From Candidatus Sulfobium sp. (GTDB lineage: Bacteria > Nitrospirota > Thermodesulfovibrionia > Thermodesulfovibrionales > UBA6898), in NCBI GenBank assembly GCA_037380845.1, contig JARRRI010000032.1, forward strand, positions 1 to 29,509: a stretch of 29,509 nucleotides of DNA, in the 5' to 3' direction. The notes beneath the pieces were generated by a model that did no database searches, had not been told where the DNA came from, and saw nothing but the letters and a program-made list of their open reading frames with translations. The first letter of the stretch is position 1; each line of letters starts with the position of its first letter. Made by a program: the position numbers and the translations under genes. Of the stretch, positions 10,665-19,297 are shown piece after piece.

Positions 10665-11072
10665 TCAGAGCACATGTTCGTATACTGAGTCGGAAACCTT
10701 GTGCGGCAGCTTTTCGTTAGTATGAGAAAGTATTCCTCTCTTCAGTTCGACCACAGAGGGACTCCTGCTTTCGAACTGTTCTATGAGGAACGACGCCGCA
10801 ACCTCAGGTTTGATGACGTCGCCGCAGGTAAAGATATCCACGGCCGCATATGAATATTCCGGCCATGTATGTATCGACAGGTGTGATTCTGCTATTACGA
10901 CCATACCGCTTATGCCGAAAGGATTAAATTCGTGGAAGGAGATGTCTACAATAGTAGCCCTGGCCTCTCTGGCTGCCGAGACCATTGCGTCCTTGACCCT
11001 GTTGAGGTCCTTCAGAATTTCGGGGTTGCACTCCCTCAATTCTATCAATAAGTGGGTACCTAAAGCATGCAA
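10665..11072 (-). CDS. speD: S-adenosylmethionine decarboxylase proenzyme (pyruvoyl-dependent, SpeD/SpeH type)
   Basis: G.HLL.EL..C, FH.F.P.G.SG.V.IAESHLSIHTWPE (E-S cleavage site) and DIFTCG. Start probably TTG 11072; GTG 11090 is an alternative. Confidence 0.92.
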   Translation of the reverse strand: MHALGTHLLIELRECNPEILKDLNRVKDAMVSAAREARATIVDISFHEFNPFGISGMVVIAESHLSIHTWPEYSYAAVDIFTCGDVIKPEVAASFLIEQFESRSPSVVELKRGILSHTNEKLPHKVSDSVYEHVL

Positions 11073-11129
11073 TCCTCTACCCCCCTTCACCTGTTCTGAT
11101 TCAGCGCCTCACGCGCTCTTAAGCTAAAT

Positions 11130-11159
11130 ATAATATAGGAGAACCGGGGATATTGTCAA
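11130..11159 (-). promoter_or_regulatory. Sigma70-like promoter of speD
   Basis: TTGACA (11159-11154), 18 bp, TATTAT (11135-11130). Confidence 0.7.
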
Positions 11160-11187
11160 GCCGCAGAGGATGTTAAACGGCCGCAAT

Positions 11188-12072
11188 TTACGGTATTACC
11201 TTGTTCAGTTGATACTCGACGATCCCGGACGCGCCGGCCTTTTTCAACCTGGGGATAAGGTCCCGGACAGTCCTTTCGTCGATCACCACGTCCAGGTCGT
11301 ACCACCCCTCGTCCGAAAGGGCCGAAATGGTGGGCGAATGCATGGACGGGAGAAGACTCATCACTTTCTTCAGGTCTTTGCGGCCCACGTTCATCTTGAG
11401 TCCCACCTTGTCTTCGGCGGCAAGGGCCCCCTTCAGGAGCATGACGATATTCTTCATTTTCTCCTGTTTCCATGCGTCCTTCCATGCCTTTTTGTTTGAG
11501 ATGAAGCGCGTGCTCGATTCCAGCATGGTTTCTATTATCCGGAGGTTGTTGGCCCGCAGGGACGTCCCGGTTTCGGTGAGCTCGACGATCGCATCGGCAA
11601 GGTACGGCGGCTTCACCTCCGTGGCACCCCAGGAAAAGTCGATCTGTGCACTCACCTTCTTTGATCTGAGATATCTCCTTGTAAATCCCACCAGTTCGGT
11701 GGCGATCCTCTTGCCGTTAAGGTCCCTGATGCTCTTGATCTTTGAATCGTTCGGCACCGCAACGACCCACCGCACGGGCTTGAAGCCCTCTTTTGCATAA
11801 ATCAGCTCCGCGACTTCCTTCACGTCTGCCGCCTGGTCCATAATCCAGTCATATCCGGTGAGACCGCAGTCAAGTATCCCGCTCTCCACATACCTTGCCA
11901 TCTCCTGCGCCCGTATCAACATGGCCTCGATCTCCGAATCATCGAATACCGGGTAATAGGAGCGCCCGGAGACCGATATATGATAGCCCGCCTTTCGAAA
12001 TAGTTTCAGAGTTGATTCCTGCAGGCTTCCTTTCGGAAGGCCTATGCGGAGAATTTTCTTTTTTGACCTCAT
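11188..12072 (-). CDS. hisG: ATP phosphoribosyltransferase, long form
   Basis: [25 protein letters not shown] and [12 protein letters not shown], plus a C-terminal regulatory domain ([11 protein letters not shown]). Confidence 0.98.
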   Translation of the reverse strand: MRSKKKILRIGLPKGSLQESTLKLFRKAGYHISVSGRSYYPVFDDSEIEAMLIRAQEMARYVESGILDCGLTGYDWIMDQAADVKEVAELIYAKEGFKPVRWVVAVPNDSKIKSIRDLNGKRIATELVGFTRRYLRSKKVSAQIDFSWGATEVKPPYLADAIVELTETGTSLRANNLRIIETMLESSTRFISNKKAWKDAWKQEKMKNIVMLLKGALAAEDKVGLKMNVGRKDLKKVMSLLPSMHSPTISALSDEGWYDLDVVIDERTVRDLIPRLKKAGASGIVEYQLNKVIP

Positions 12073-12091
12073 CAGCTTTCCTTTCTTTTCC

Positions 12092-13378
12092 TTATTGACG
12101 CTTGCCCCTCTTCCGGATCCTTATCGTATTGCCGTGGGCCTCCAGTCCCTCTATGTCCGCGACGGTCTCGACGGTCCGCGATATCCTCATGAAGGCCTTC
12201 CGGGTAAACCCCACAACGCTCGATCTCTTGTAGAAGTCGTAGACGCCGAGGGGCGAGGAAAATCTCGCCGTGCCCCCCGTGGGGAGAGTATGATTCGGAC
12301 CTGCCGCATAATCACCGAGTGATTCGGGACTCCATGGTCCAAGGAACACGGCACCGGCGTTCTCTATCAAGGGAAGGAACTCCGAGGGCGACCCGGTCAT
12401 TATCTCCAGATGCTCGGGAGCTATGAGGTTTGCGATGGCGGCCGCCCGCGACAAGTCCCTGGTAACCATGGCTGCGCCGTAGCTCTCCATGGACGCCTGC
12501 GCGATCTTCTTCCTTCGCAGTCCTGACAGCTGGTCCGCAACCTCCCGGGAAACCTCCAGTGCGAGGTCGTGAGAATCGGTAACAAGTATGGGGGAGGCGA
12601 GTTCGTCGTGTTCGGCCTGACTCAGAAGGTCCGCAGCGATAAAGCGGGGGTCCGCACTCTCGTCCGCGATGATCAGTATCTCGCTGGGTCCTGCGATCAT
12701 GTCGATGTCCACCAGTCCGAATACGAGTCTCTTGGCGGTAGCCACGTAAATATTGCCCGGCCCTACGATCTTGTCCACGCTCCTTATGCTCTCCGTTCCG
12801 TACGCCAGGGCACCCACGGCCTGCGCGCCGCCCACTCTGTAGACTTCCCTGACGCCGAGCATGCGTATCGCTGACATCACATAGGGGTTTAACTCGCCGC
12901 CCGGAGCCGGCACGCATACCGCGATCTCGCCCACACCGGCCACCTGGCAGGGGATAACATTCATCAGCACCGTCGACGGGTATGCCGCTTTTCCTCCGGG
13001 GACATATACGCCCACCCGGGCGAGAGGACGTATCATCTGGCCGAGCACGACATCTCCCCCGGTTACAGACCACGAGCTTTCCCTCTGGTTTTCATGAAAT
13101 TTTCTTATCCTTCTGGCAGCCGCCTCCAGTGCCTTGACGGCCTTCAACTCTGCACGTCCGGCAGACCTCCTGATTTCCGCCGCGTCCAGCCTCAGCCTCG
13201 CGGCCTTCCGCTCATCGAACCGGCGCGTATATTTCAGGACCGCACGGTCACCGTCTTTTTTAACATCCGCCAGTATTTTTCGTACGTCCTGCTCGACAGA
13301 ACGGACGCCGTCCGCTCCCCGGGAACGGAGCCTCCCGATAAAATCCGCTATCTCTTTGTTTTTCCTGATGATCCGCAT
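12092..13378 (-). CDS. hisD: Histidinol dehydrogenase
   Basis: [44 protein letters not shown] and [13 protein letters not shown]. The start is ATG 13381 or 13378; the latter fits the predicted TSS. Confidence 0.98.
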   Translation of the reverse strand: MRIIRKNKEIADFIGRLRSRGADGVRSVEQDVRKILADVKKDGDRAVLKYTRRFDERKAARLRLDAAEIRRSAGRAELKAVKALEAAARRIRKFHENQRESSWSVTGGDVVLGQMIRPLARVGVYVPGGKAAYPSTVLMNVIPCQVAGVGEIAVCVPAPGGELNPYVMSAIRMLGVREVYRVGGAQAVGALAYGTESIRSVDKIVGPGNIYVATAKRLVFGLVDIDMIAGPSEILIIADESADPRFIAADLLSQAEHDELASPILVTDSHDLALEVSREVADQLSGLRRKKIAQASMESYGAAMVTRDLSRAAAIANLIAPEHLEIMTGSPSEFLPLIENAGAVFLGPWSPESLGDYAAGPNHTLPTGGTARFSSPLGVYDFYKRSSVVGFTRKAFMRISRTVETVADIEGLEAHGNTIRIRKRGKRQ

Positions 13379-13380
13379 CA

Positions 13381-13452
13381 TTAGATTCTAATGCGTCGTC
13401 TTCTTTTTATTCAAGTTTAGATTCTAATGCGTCGTCTTCTTTTTATTCAAGT
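13381..13452 (-). repeat. Exact 36-bp tandem duplication containing the hisD promoter (TTGAAT-18-TAGAAT) twice
   Basis: TTAGATTCTAATGCGTCGTCTTCTTTTTATTCAAGT at 13381-13416 and 13417-13452. The minus-strand unit is acTTGAATaaaaagaagacgacgcatTAGAATctaa. Confidence 0.93.
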
Positions 13453-13654
13453 TTTGTGCGGTCCGCACCGGCCGGGAGACAGTGAAGCGCGGCGGTCCTC
13501 GAGTGGTCTGCCGGCGTCTTTCCGGAAGCCACCGAACGTTAAGTTCCCATTTATGTGGAAGATGAATAAAATCATGTCGTCATTACAAGACTTTTTCGCC
13601 GCCCCTCCCGTGCTGTTTACGACATGGGCGTTAAGAGTCACGGGAAAGTTGTTA

Positions 13655-13683
13655 TTGACATATTTTTCCTGCTCCAGTAAAGT
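13655..13683 (+). promoter_or_regulatory. Sigma70-like promoter of GAF/HD-GYP gene, probably leaderless
   Basis: TTGACA (13655-13660), 17 bp, TAAAGT (13678-13683), 5 nt, then ATG (13689); no SD. Confidence 0.7.
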
Positions 13684-13688
13684 TGACT

Positions 13689-14999
13689 ATGTCGGAAGTC
13701 GGTGGCAGGAACGATAATTCGGCGATCCACGAAATAAGCAGGAAAACCCGCCTTTCTATCTCGGTGATCACCTTTGTGATCGTCGTTCTGTTCGCGGTGA
13801 TTGTCCGGTACCTCTACAAACCGTTCTCTTCGAGCCTTAATTTTCTTCCTGATATATCCATCGGCCTCATCGTAGGCATCACCTTCTTCCTTTCTCTTAT
13901 AGGCCTCTTCCTTTCGGTCGGGATGTCAAGGCAGGTCCTTCGTATTGTCAGGGACTACGGCAATCGCCTGGAAAGGCTCCTGAACGTTACCAGGGATTTG
14001 AGAGAAGAAGTATACGGTGACATTCTGCTGGAGAAAATAATGGAGAGCGCCCTGTCAATGACGAACTCCGACGCGGGTTCCATCCTGCTTGCAGACAACG
14101 GGAAACTAGTGTTCAAGGTGGCGAAGGGGGAAAAGTCCGACGAACTCGTCGGTACGGCGGTCGAGACCGGCAAGGGGATAGCCGGATGGGTGGCGGAGAC
14201 AGGTACACCGGTGCGTGTTCCCGACGTCACAAAGGACGACCGTTTCAGCCCGGACGTCGATGCCCGGGCAGGACACGCCGCAAATTCCATCCTTTGCGTA
14301 CCCCTCAAAACGAACTCGGGAGTCATCGGGGTGCTGGAGCTCCTGAACAGGAAGGAATATCCTTACCGGGAACGCGACGAGGAGATCATTAATTATCTGG
14401 CGGAGCAGGCCGCAATCTCTATAATAAAGACCAGGTTCTATGAGGACCAGAAGAACTACGAGATCCACGTGACGGATATGCTGCTGGAGGCCATAGACTT
14501 TCATCTTCCCGAAAAAAAGGGGCATTCCAGAAGGGTGGCGAGATACGCCAACATGATAGCCAGGAGCCTCGACATGTCCGAAGAGGAAAAGAAGAAACTC
14601 TACTTCGCAAGCCTCCTGCACGATGTCGGCTTCCTTAAGATAAGCTCGGACAACGCATTCAAAAAGGAAGAGTTCATGAGACATCCCGTTGTAGGATACG
14701 AGATGATCAAACCGGTCAATTTCTATTCAGACATCGCCCCCTTTATCCTCTACCACCACGAAAGGTATGACGGATACGGCTATCCCGAACGGTTGAAGGG
14801 AAGCGACATTCCACTGGAGGCCCGGGTTATCGCTGTTGCGGAGGCCTTCGACGCGATGATCAGCATCACTTCGTACAAGGTCCCGGTGAATTTTGACGAA
14901 GCGGTGGCTGAATTGAGACGCAAGGCGGGCACACAGTTCGACCCCTGGCTGGTGGACGTGTTCGTGTCCGCCGTCGAGCCTCAACACGTGATGCAATAG
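13689..14999 (+). CDS. Membrane-anchored GAF + HD-GYP domain protein (c-di-GMP phosphodiesterase-like, partly degenerate)
   Basis: Two N-terminal TM helices, a GAF domain (GSILL, GIAGWVAETG, SILCVPL, IGVLELLN) and an HD-GYP domain (GHSRRVA, LLHDVG, HHERYDGYGYP, IPLEARVIAVA, GTQFDP). Confidence 0.92.
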   Translation: MSEVGGRNDNSAIHEISRKTRLSISVITFVIVVLFAVIVRYLYKPFSSSLNFLPDISIGLIVGITFFLSLIGLFLSVGMSRQVLRIVRDYGNRLERLLNVTRDLREEVYGDILLEKIMESALSMTNSDAGSILLADNGKLVFKVAKGEKSDELVGTAVETGKGIAGWVAETGTPVRVPDVTKDDRFSPDVDARAGHAANSILCVPLKTNSGVIGVLELLNRKEYPYRERDEEIINYLAEQAAISIIKTRFYEDQKNYEIHVTDMLLEAIDFHLPEKKGHSRRVARYANMIARSLDMSEEEKKKLYFASLLHDVGFLKISSDNAFKKEEFMRHPVVGYEMIKPVNFYSDIAPFILYHHERYDGYGYPERLKGSDIPLEARVIAVAEAFDAMISITSYKVPVNFDEAVAELRRKAGTQFDPWLVDVFVSAVEPQHVMQ

Positions 15000-15047
15000 G
15001 TGCCGCCCAATTTATTGCCGGGATTCCCGGAGACCGGCTGATACAAA

Positions 15048-17738
15048 ATGGACGCCGATCAAAAGATCAGCATTACCGATAAATTCCTTGACGCCGCAAG
15101 GTCCTATCCCGAAAACGTCCTTTTCCATTATTTCGACGAGGGATGGAAGTCACTCTTTTACAGTGAATTTTCCAGGCGGGTAAGATGTCTGGCGTCCTTT
15201 CTGGCTGCTAACGGTATCGGGGCCGGCGACAGGGCGGCGATAATATCCGAAAACAGGCCGGAGTGGTGTTCCGCATATTTGTCGATAATCATGGCGGGCG
15301 GGACGGCCGTTCCAATAGACTCCCAGCTCGGCCCGGAAGAGATAGCAAACCTGCTCGGCGACTCGGAATCAAAAACGGTCTTTCACAGCCGGAAGACCGG
15401 CCCCAACCTCCTCGCAGCCCGGGAAATAATTTCATCTGCTTCCGGGGTTTCCCCGTTACTTGTGGACTTCGACTCCCCGGGATATGAGATGCTCCTGCAG
15501 ACAGCGCCGGCCGTTCCTTTCGCGAAGCGGGGCGGGGAAGATACCGCGTCCATCATATACACGTCCGGTACCACCGGCAGGCCCAAAGGCGTAATGCTCA
15601 CCCACGGCAATTTCTGCGCGGACGCCCAGTCGCTCATAGAGGCCGGGATAGTTTCTCATGAAGACAATGTCCTTGCGGTCCTGCCCCTCCATCATACGTA
15701 TGCCTTTATGTGCACCTTCCTGGTGCCCCTTTTTCTCGGAGCTTCCATAACCTACCCGGAAAGCCTCAAGGGGCCTGACCTGACGACCGCCTTGCAGGAC
15801 CGGAAGGTAAGCGTCCTGGTAGGAGTTCCTCAACTCCTGGACGTAATAAGGACAGGCATGCTGCAGAAGATGGAGGGCATGCCCGGACCGCTGCCCGTCT
15901 TCCTCGCCGCGGTCAGGAGGGTCTCAGGTTTTCTGAGGGAAAAATTCGATATCAATCCCGGCCGCATCTTCTTCCGCAGCGTGCATGCTGCGTTAGGGAA
16001 AAATTTCAGGTTCTTTGCCAGCGGCGGAGCGAGGCTGGACCCCTCGGTAATGAAAGATTTGGAAGGCCTGGGTTTTACGGTCCTCGAGGGATATGGTCTG
16101 ACGGAGACGTCTCCGGTGGTGACCTTCAACCCCTTTTCGAAGAGAAAGCCCGGATCGGCAGGCAGGCCCCTGCCCTCCGTGGAAATCAGGATCCTCTCGC
16201 CGTCCGGGACCGGGGAAGGGGAGATAGCGGTAAAGGGTCCGATGGTCATGAAAGGCTACTACCGGAACCCCTCGGCCACTGCGGAAACATTGCAGGAAGG
16301 GTGGTTCAGGACCGGCGACATCGGCAGGCTTGACAGCGAGGGGTATCTCTTCATAACCGGCCGTTCGAAGGAGGTGATTGTCCTTGGTTCGGGCAAGAAT
16401 ATCTATCCCGAAGAGGTGGAGAAAGCCTACCTCGCGTCTCCCGTGATCAAGGAAATCTGCGTCCTCGGCACGAAGGAGGGCAATGCCCTTCATGCCGTGG
16501 TAGTGCCGGACCTCGATTATGCCAGGGAGAAGCGTATTTCCAATATCCAGGAGGAAATCAAGTGGGAGATCAGGGAGATATCCAGCAGATTGCCCTCCTA
16601 TATGAGGATCACGGGACTGTCAGTCCGAACCGAGCCGCTGCCCAGGACGCCTTTGGGCAAACTGAGAAGGTTCATGATCACGGAGACCGCTCCTGTACAG
16701 GCCCGGGCGGACAGGATTAAAAAAGGGGGAAAAGTCCCTGAAGACGAGATTTCCCGGAAGGTTCTCGACTCCCTTGAACAGTTTCTCGGAAAAGGTGAGG
16801 AACCGGGGGAGGACGATAACCTCGAACTGGACCTCGGCCTTGACTCTCTGTCGAAAATAGAACTCGCTGCGTCACTCGAGAAGGCCCTTTCGACAAAGCT
16901 TGAGGAAGATTTCCTGTTTGACGTAAACACCGTGAGGGAACTTACGGAAAAAATACGGAAGCAGGCAGCGGCAATTTCGGCCGCCGGTCCACCCGTACCC
17001 TCCGGGTGGAAAGAAATTCTTTCACGGGAACCCTCGAAGGAGGACCTGAGCCTCGTATCCCTCGAAGAGCCAGGAAAGAAAATGCTGCCCGCCTTCATCA
17101 TCCATTCGGTTCTGAGGACGCTGTTCAGGATTTTCTTCAGGCTCGAAGCCGAAGGGCTTGAAAACATTCCCGCCGACGGGAACTTCATTGTAACGCCGAA
17201 CCACACCAGTTATCTTGACGGCTTTGTGGCCGTTCTTTCGCTCCCTTTTTCTTATTTCAGGCGCATGTATGCCCTCGGCCTCAGCGAGTTTTTCGCGGGA
17301 CGCATAAAGGGCTGGTTTGCAAAGACTGCACACGTCATCCCGATCGATTCCTCCGCATACCTGAGCAAGGCCCTGCAGGTATCTGCGCACGTTCTGGCGA
17401 AGGGCCGTTCGCTTATTGTCTTTCCTGAGGGAGGCCGGTCATTCGACGGCACTCTCATGGAATTCAAAAAGGGCGTGGGGATACTCGCGGTCGAGGCGGG
17501 CATTCCTGTTGTCCCGGCTTATATACAGGGTACCTTCCGGTCGCTTCCCCGCGGCGCGGCTTTTCCCCGGCCGGAAAAGATACGGATAATTTTCGGCCAG
17601 CCTCTGCGGGCGTCCTCCATCGACTTCACCCATAAGAAAGAAGATACCGACGACTACCAGCACTTCGCCGATCTGCTTAAGAAAAGGGTGGAGGAACTGA
17701 AGGACGCTGAAAAAGCCGGATTGGGAAGCAAAACCTGA
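15048..17738 (+). CDS. Long-chain acyl-CoA synthetase-like adenylation domain fused to acyl carrier domain and PlsC-type acyltransferase
   Basis: Adenylation motifs YTSGTTGRPKGVMLTH, EGYGLTETSP, GWFRTGD.G and GRSKEVIVL.SGKNIYPEE; LGLDSL phosphopantetheine site; acyltransferase motifs NHTSYLD and FPEGGRS. Confidence 0.93.
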   Translation: MDADQKISITDKFLDAARSYPENVLFHYFDEGWKSLFYSEFSRRVRCLASFLAANGIGAGDRAAIISENRPEWCSAYLSIIMAGGTAVPIDSQLGPEEIANLLGDSESKTVFHSRKTGPNLLAAREIISSASGVSPLLVDFDSPGYEMLLQTAPAVPFAKRGGEDTASIIYTSGTTGRPKGVMLTHGNFCADAQSLIEAGIVSHEDNVLAVLPLHHTYAFMCTFLVPLFLGASITYPESLKGPDLTTALQDRKVSVLVGVPQLLDVIRTGMLQKMEGMPGPLPVFLAAVRRVSGFLREKFDINPGRIFFRSVHAALGKNFRFFASGGARLDPSVMKDLEGLGFTVLEGYGLTETSPVVTFNPFSKRKPGSAGRPLPSVEIRILSPSGTGEGEIAVKGPMVMKGYYRNPSATAETLQEGWFRTGDIGRLDSEGYLFITGRSKEVIVLGSGKNIYPEEVEKAYLASPVIKEICVLGTKEGNALHAVVVPDLDYAREKRISNIQEEIKWEIREISSRLPSYMRITGLSVRTEPLPRTPLGKLRRFMITETAPVQARADRIKKGGKVPEDEISRKVLDSLEQFLGKGEEPGEDDNLELDLGLDSLSKIELAASLEKALSTKLEEDFLFDVNTVRELTEKIRKQAAAISAAGPPVPSGWKEILSREPSKEDLSLVSLEEPGKKMLPAFIIHSVLRTLFRIFFRLEAEGLENIPADGNFIVTPNHTSYLDGFVAVLSLPFSYFRRMYALGLSEFFAGRIKGWFAKTAHVIPIDSSAYLSKALQVSAHVLAKGRSLIVFPEGGRSFDGTLMEFKKGVGILAVEAGIPVVPAYIQGTFRSLPRGAAFPRPEKIRIIFGQPLRASSIDFTHKKEDTDDYQHFADLLKKRVEELKDAEKAGLGSKT

Positions 17739-17768
17739 TATCTTTGTTATTTACGCGTCTCTTGGGGC

Positions 17769-18401
17769 TCAACTGCCGTTAAGTCTTTGGAGCTTTTCGC
17801 GGATGGTCTGCTTGACGGCCCTCAGCCCCTCCGTCCTCAGCGTGTCCAGGATCTCCTGCGAGGCCAGGCCCTTCAGGAATCCTTCCCTCTTCGCCTTCTC
17901 CCTGATCCCTGCAAGGGCTTCCACCCTGATTTTTCGGGCGAACCTCAGATAGCCGGAAAATTCCGGACCGTAGGTTTTTTCGAGTTCTTTCCGGAGCGTC
18001 CTCGCCATTGCCGGGCTGGCTCCGCCCGTGGATATCGCGACCGTGAGAGGTCCCCTCCTGACAACTGAAGGTGCGATAAAATTGCACTCCGAAGGCACGT
18101 CCACCACATTCACCAGCGCCGGTGCGTCCCGTGCAACGCGGGAATTGATCTGTTCCGAATCCGTTGCCGCGATCACGAGAAAACTGCCCCGGAGATCGCC
18201 CCTGCGGTAGCTCCTGGCCAGATGGCCGATGCGGCTGTCGGCTTTGGCCCGGTTGAGTCTTTTCGTAAGCGACGGGCTGACGACGATGATCTCGGCACCC
18301 GCCTCCATCAGGGAAAGGACCTTCCTCTCGGCAACCCTTCCACCGCCGACAACGACGGCCTTCTTGCCTCTCAGATCCAGAAATGCGGGATAATAGTTCA
18401 C
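17769..18401 (-). CDS. sirC: Precorrin-2 dehydrogenase / sirohydrochlorin ferrochelatase (CysG N-terminal, SirC/Met8 type)
   Basis: YYP.FLDL.GK, VVGGG.VAERK, LVIAATD, VNVVD.P..C.F..PS and AISTGGASP. Confidence 0.92.
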   Translation of the reverse strand: MNYYPAFLDLRGKKAVVVGGGRVAERKVLSLMEAGAEIIVVSPSLTKRLNRAKADSRIGHLARSYRRGDLRGSFLVIAATDSEQINSRVARDAPALVNVVDVPSECNFIAPSVVRRGPLTVAISTGGASPAMARTLRKELEKTYGPEFSGYLRFARKIRVEALAGIREKAKREGFLKGLASQEILDTLRTEGLRAVKQTIREKLQRLNGS

Positions 18402-18418
18402 AGGACGGAAGGCTTGGG

Positions 18419-19189
18419 TTATTTCTTGCCGACCTGGAGTGAAGAGAGCTGCTTTTTCGCGCGGGCCGCCAGGGGGCTGTTCGGATAGCTGTCGAGGAGT
18501 TTGCCAAAATATTCCGCCGCCCTGTCATCCAGCCCCTTCTCCCTGTAACAGATCGCCAGGTCGAGCAAAACGCGGTCCATGTTCTTGTATTTGGGATATT
18601 TTCTGACCAGTCCCTCAAACCTTCCGATCGCCGCATCATAGGAATCCTTGTTCATGTAAAACTTCCCCACAAGGAACTCGTAGTCCGCGATCGTGTTCCA
18701 GCATTTCTGTATCCGCAGGGCGATTATGTCCCCGTAAGGGTTCCTCGGATAGTCCCGTTTAAGCTTCTGGAACTCGGCAAGCGCCTGGGCAGCTCCGCTG
18801 TATCCGCGCTCCGGCCCCTCTATCTGGTCGAAATATATCATGGCTATCTGGTACTGGGCATAGCACGCAAGTCTGTGATCGGGGAACATATCGATGAACT
18901 TTCTGTATTCCGCCGCAGCCAGTTCAGGTTCTTCCTCCTTGACATAGGAGTCTGCGATCCTTAGCTCGGCCAGAGGGGCGAATTTCTTTGAGAGGTCCCG
19001 GTTCCTTATCTCAAGCAGGATCCGCCTGGCCGCGTCATAGTCTTTGTCGTCTATGAGCTTGTTGGCCTTGGCAAATGACCTCTCCGCGTTGAATCCTTCG
19101 TCCGTTGCCGGCTTGACGGTGGCTTTGCCGGAACAGGAAACGAGGAGGACCGTCAGAAAAAGAAGGGACAACAACCGCACTTTTTTCAT
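18419..19189 (-). CDS. bamD: Outer membrane protein assembly factor BamD (lipoprotein)
   Basis: Lipobox LLVSC and TPR repeats (AEL.IAD.Y, FP.H....YAQY, YP.NPY, LA/IA.YE..VG.FY, AAI.RF). Start placed at ATG 19189. Confidence 0.9.
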   Translation of the reverse strand: MKKVRLLSLLFLTVLLVSCSGKATVKPATDEGFNAERSFAKANKLIDDKDYDAARRILLEIRNRDLSKKFAPLAELRIADSYVKEEEPELAAAEYRKFIDMFPDHRLACYAQYQIAMIYFDQIEGPERGYSGAAQALAEFQKLKRDYPRNPYGDIIALRIQKCWNTIADYEFLVGKFYMNKDSYDAAIGRFEGLVRKYPKYKNMDRVLLDLAICYREKGLDDRAAEYFGKLLDSYPNSPLAARAKKQLSSLQVGKK

Positions 19190-19195
19190 TGTCTT

Positions 19196-19225
19196 ATTAA
19201 AACGCCATCCCTCTCCGTAAGTCAA
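19196..19225 (-). promoter_or_regulatory. Candidate promoter of bamD-sirC, possibly leaderless
   Basis: TTGACT (19225-19220), 18 bp, TTTAAT (19201-19196), 6 nt, then ATG (19189). Confidence 0.5.
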
Positions 19226-19262
19226 GCTCAGGTGGAACGGCGCGGCGCGGCCTTCCGCAAAC

Positions 19263-19292
19263 TTGCCAAAGGCCTTCTACGGGTGGTATCTT
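19263..19292 (+). promoter_or_regulatory. Promoter of radical SAM-rng-larE operon, probably leaderless
   Basis: TTGCCA (19263-19268), 18 bp ending in TGG, TATCTT (19287-19292), 5 nt, then GTG (19298). Confidence 0.6.
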
Positions 19293-19297
19293 TAAAA

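Noticed and set aside
13381..13452. Two 36-bp repeats as a mini CRISPR array
   Set aside because: The copies are directly adjacent with no spacer, no cas genes are present, and the unit is explained by a promoter.
13455..13654. c-di-GMP riboswitch or his attenuator between hisD and the HD-GYP gene
   Set aside because: No GEMM consensus (GGCAAAC...GAAA...GACGCAAA) and no His-codon leader peptide. The region lies upstream of both predicted promoters.
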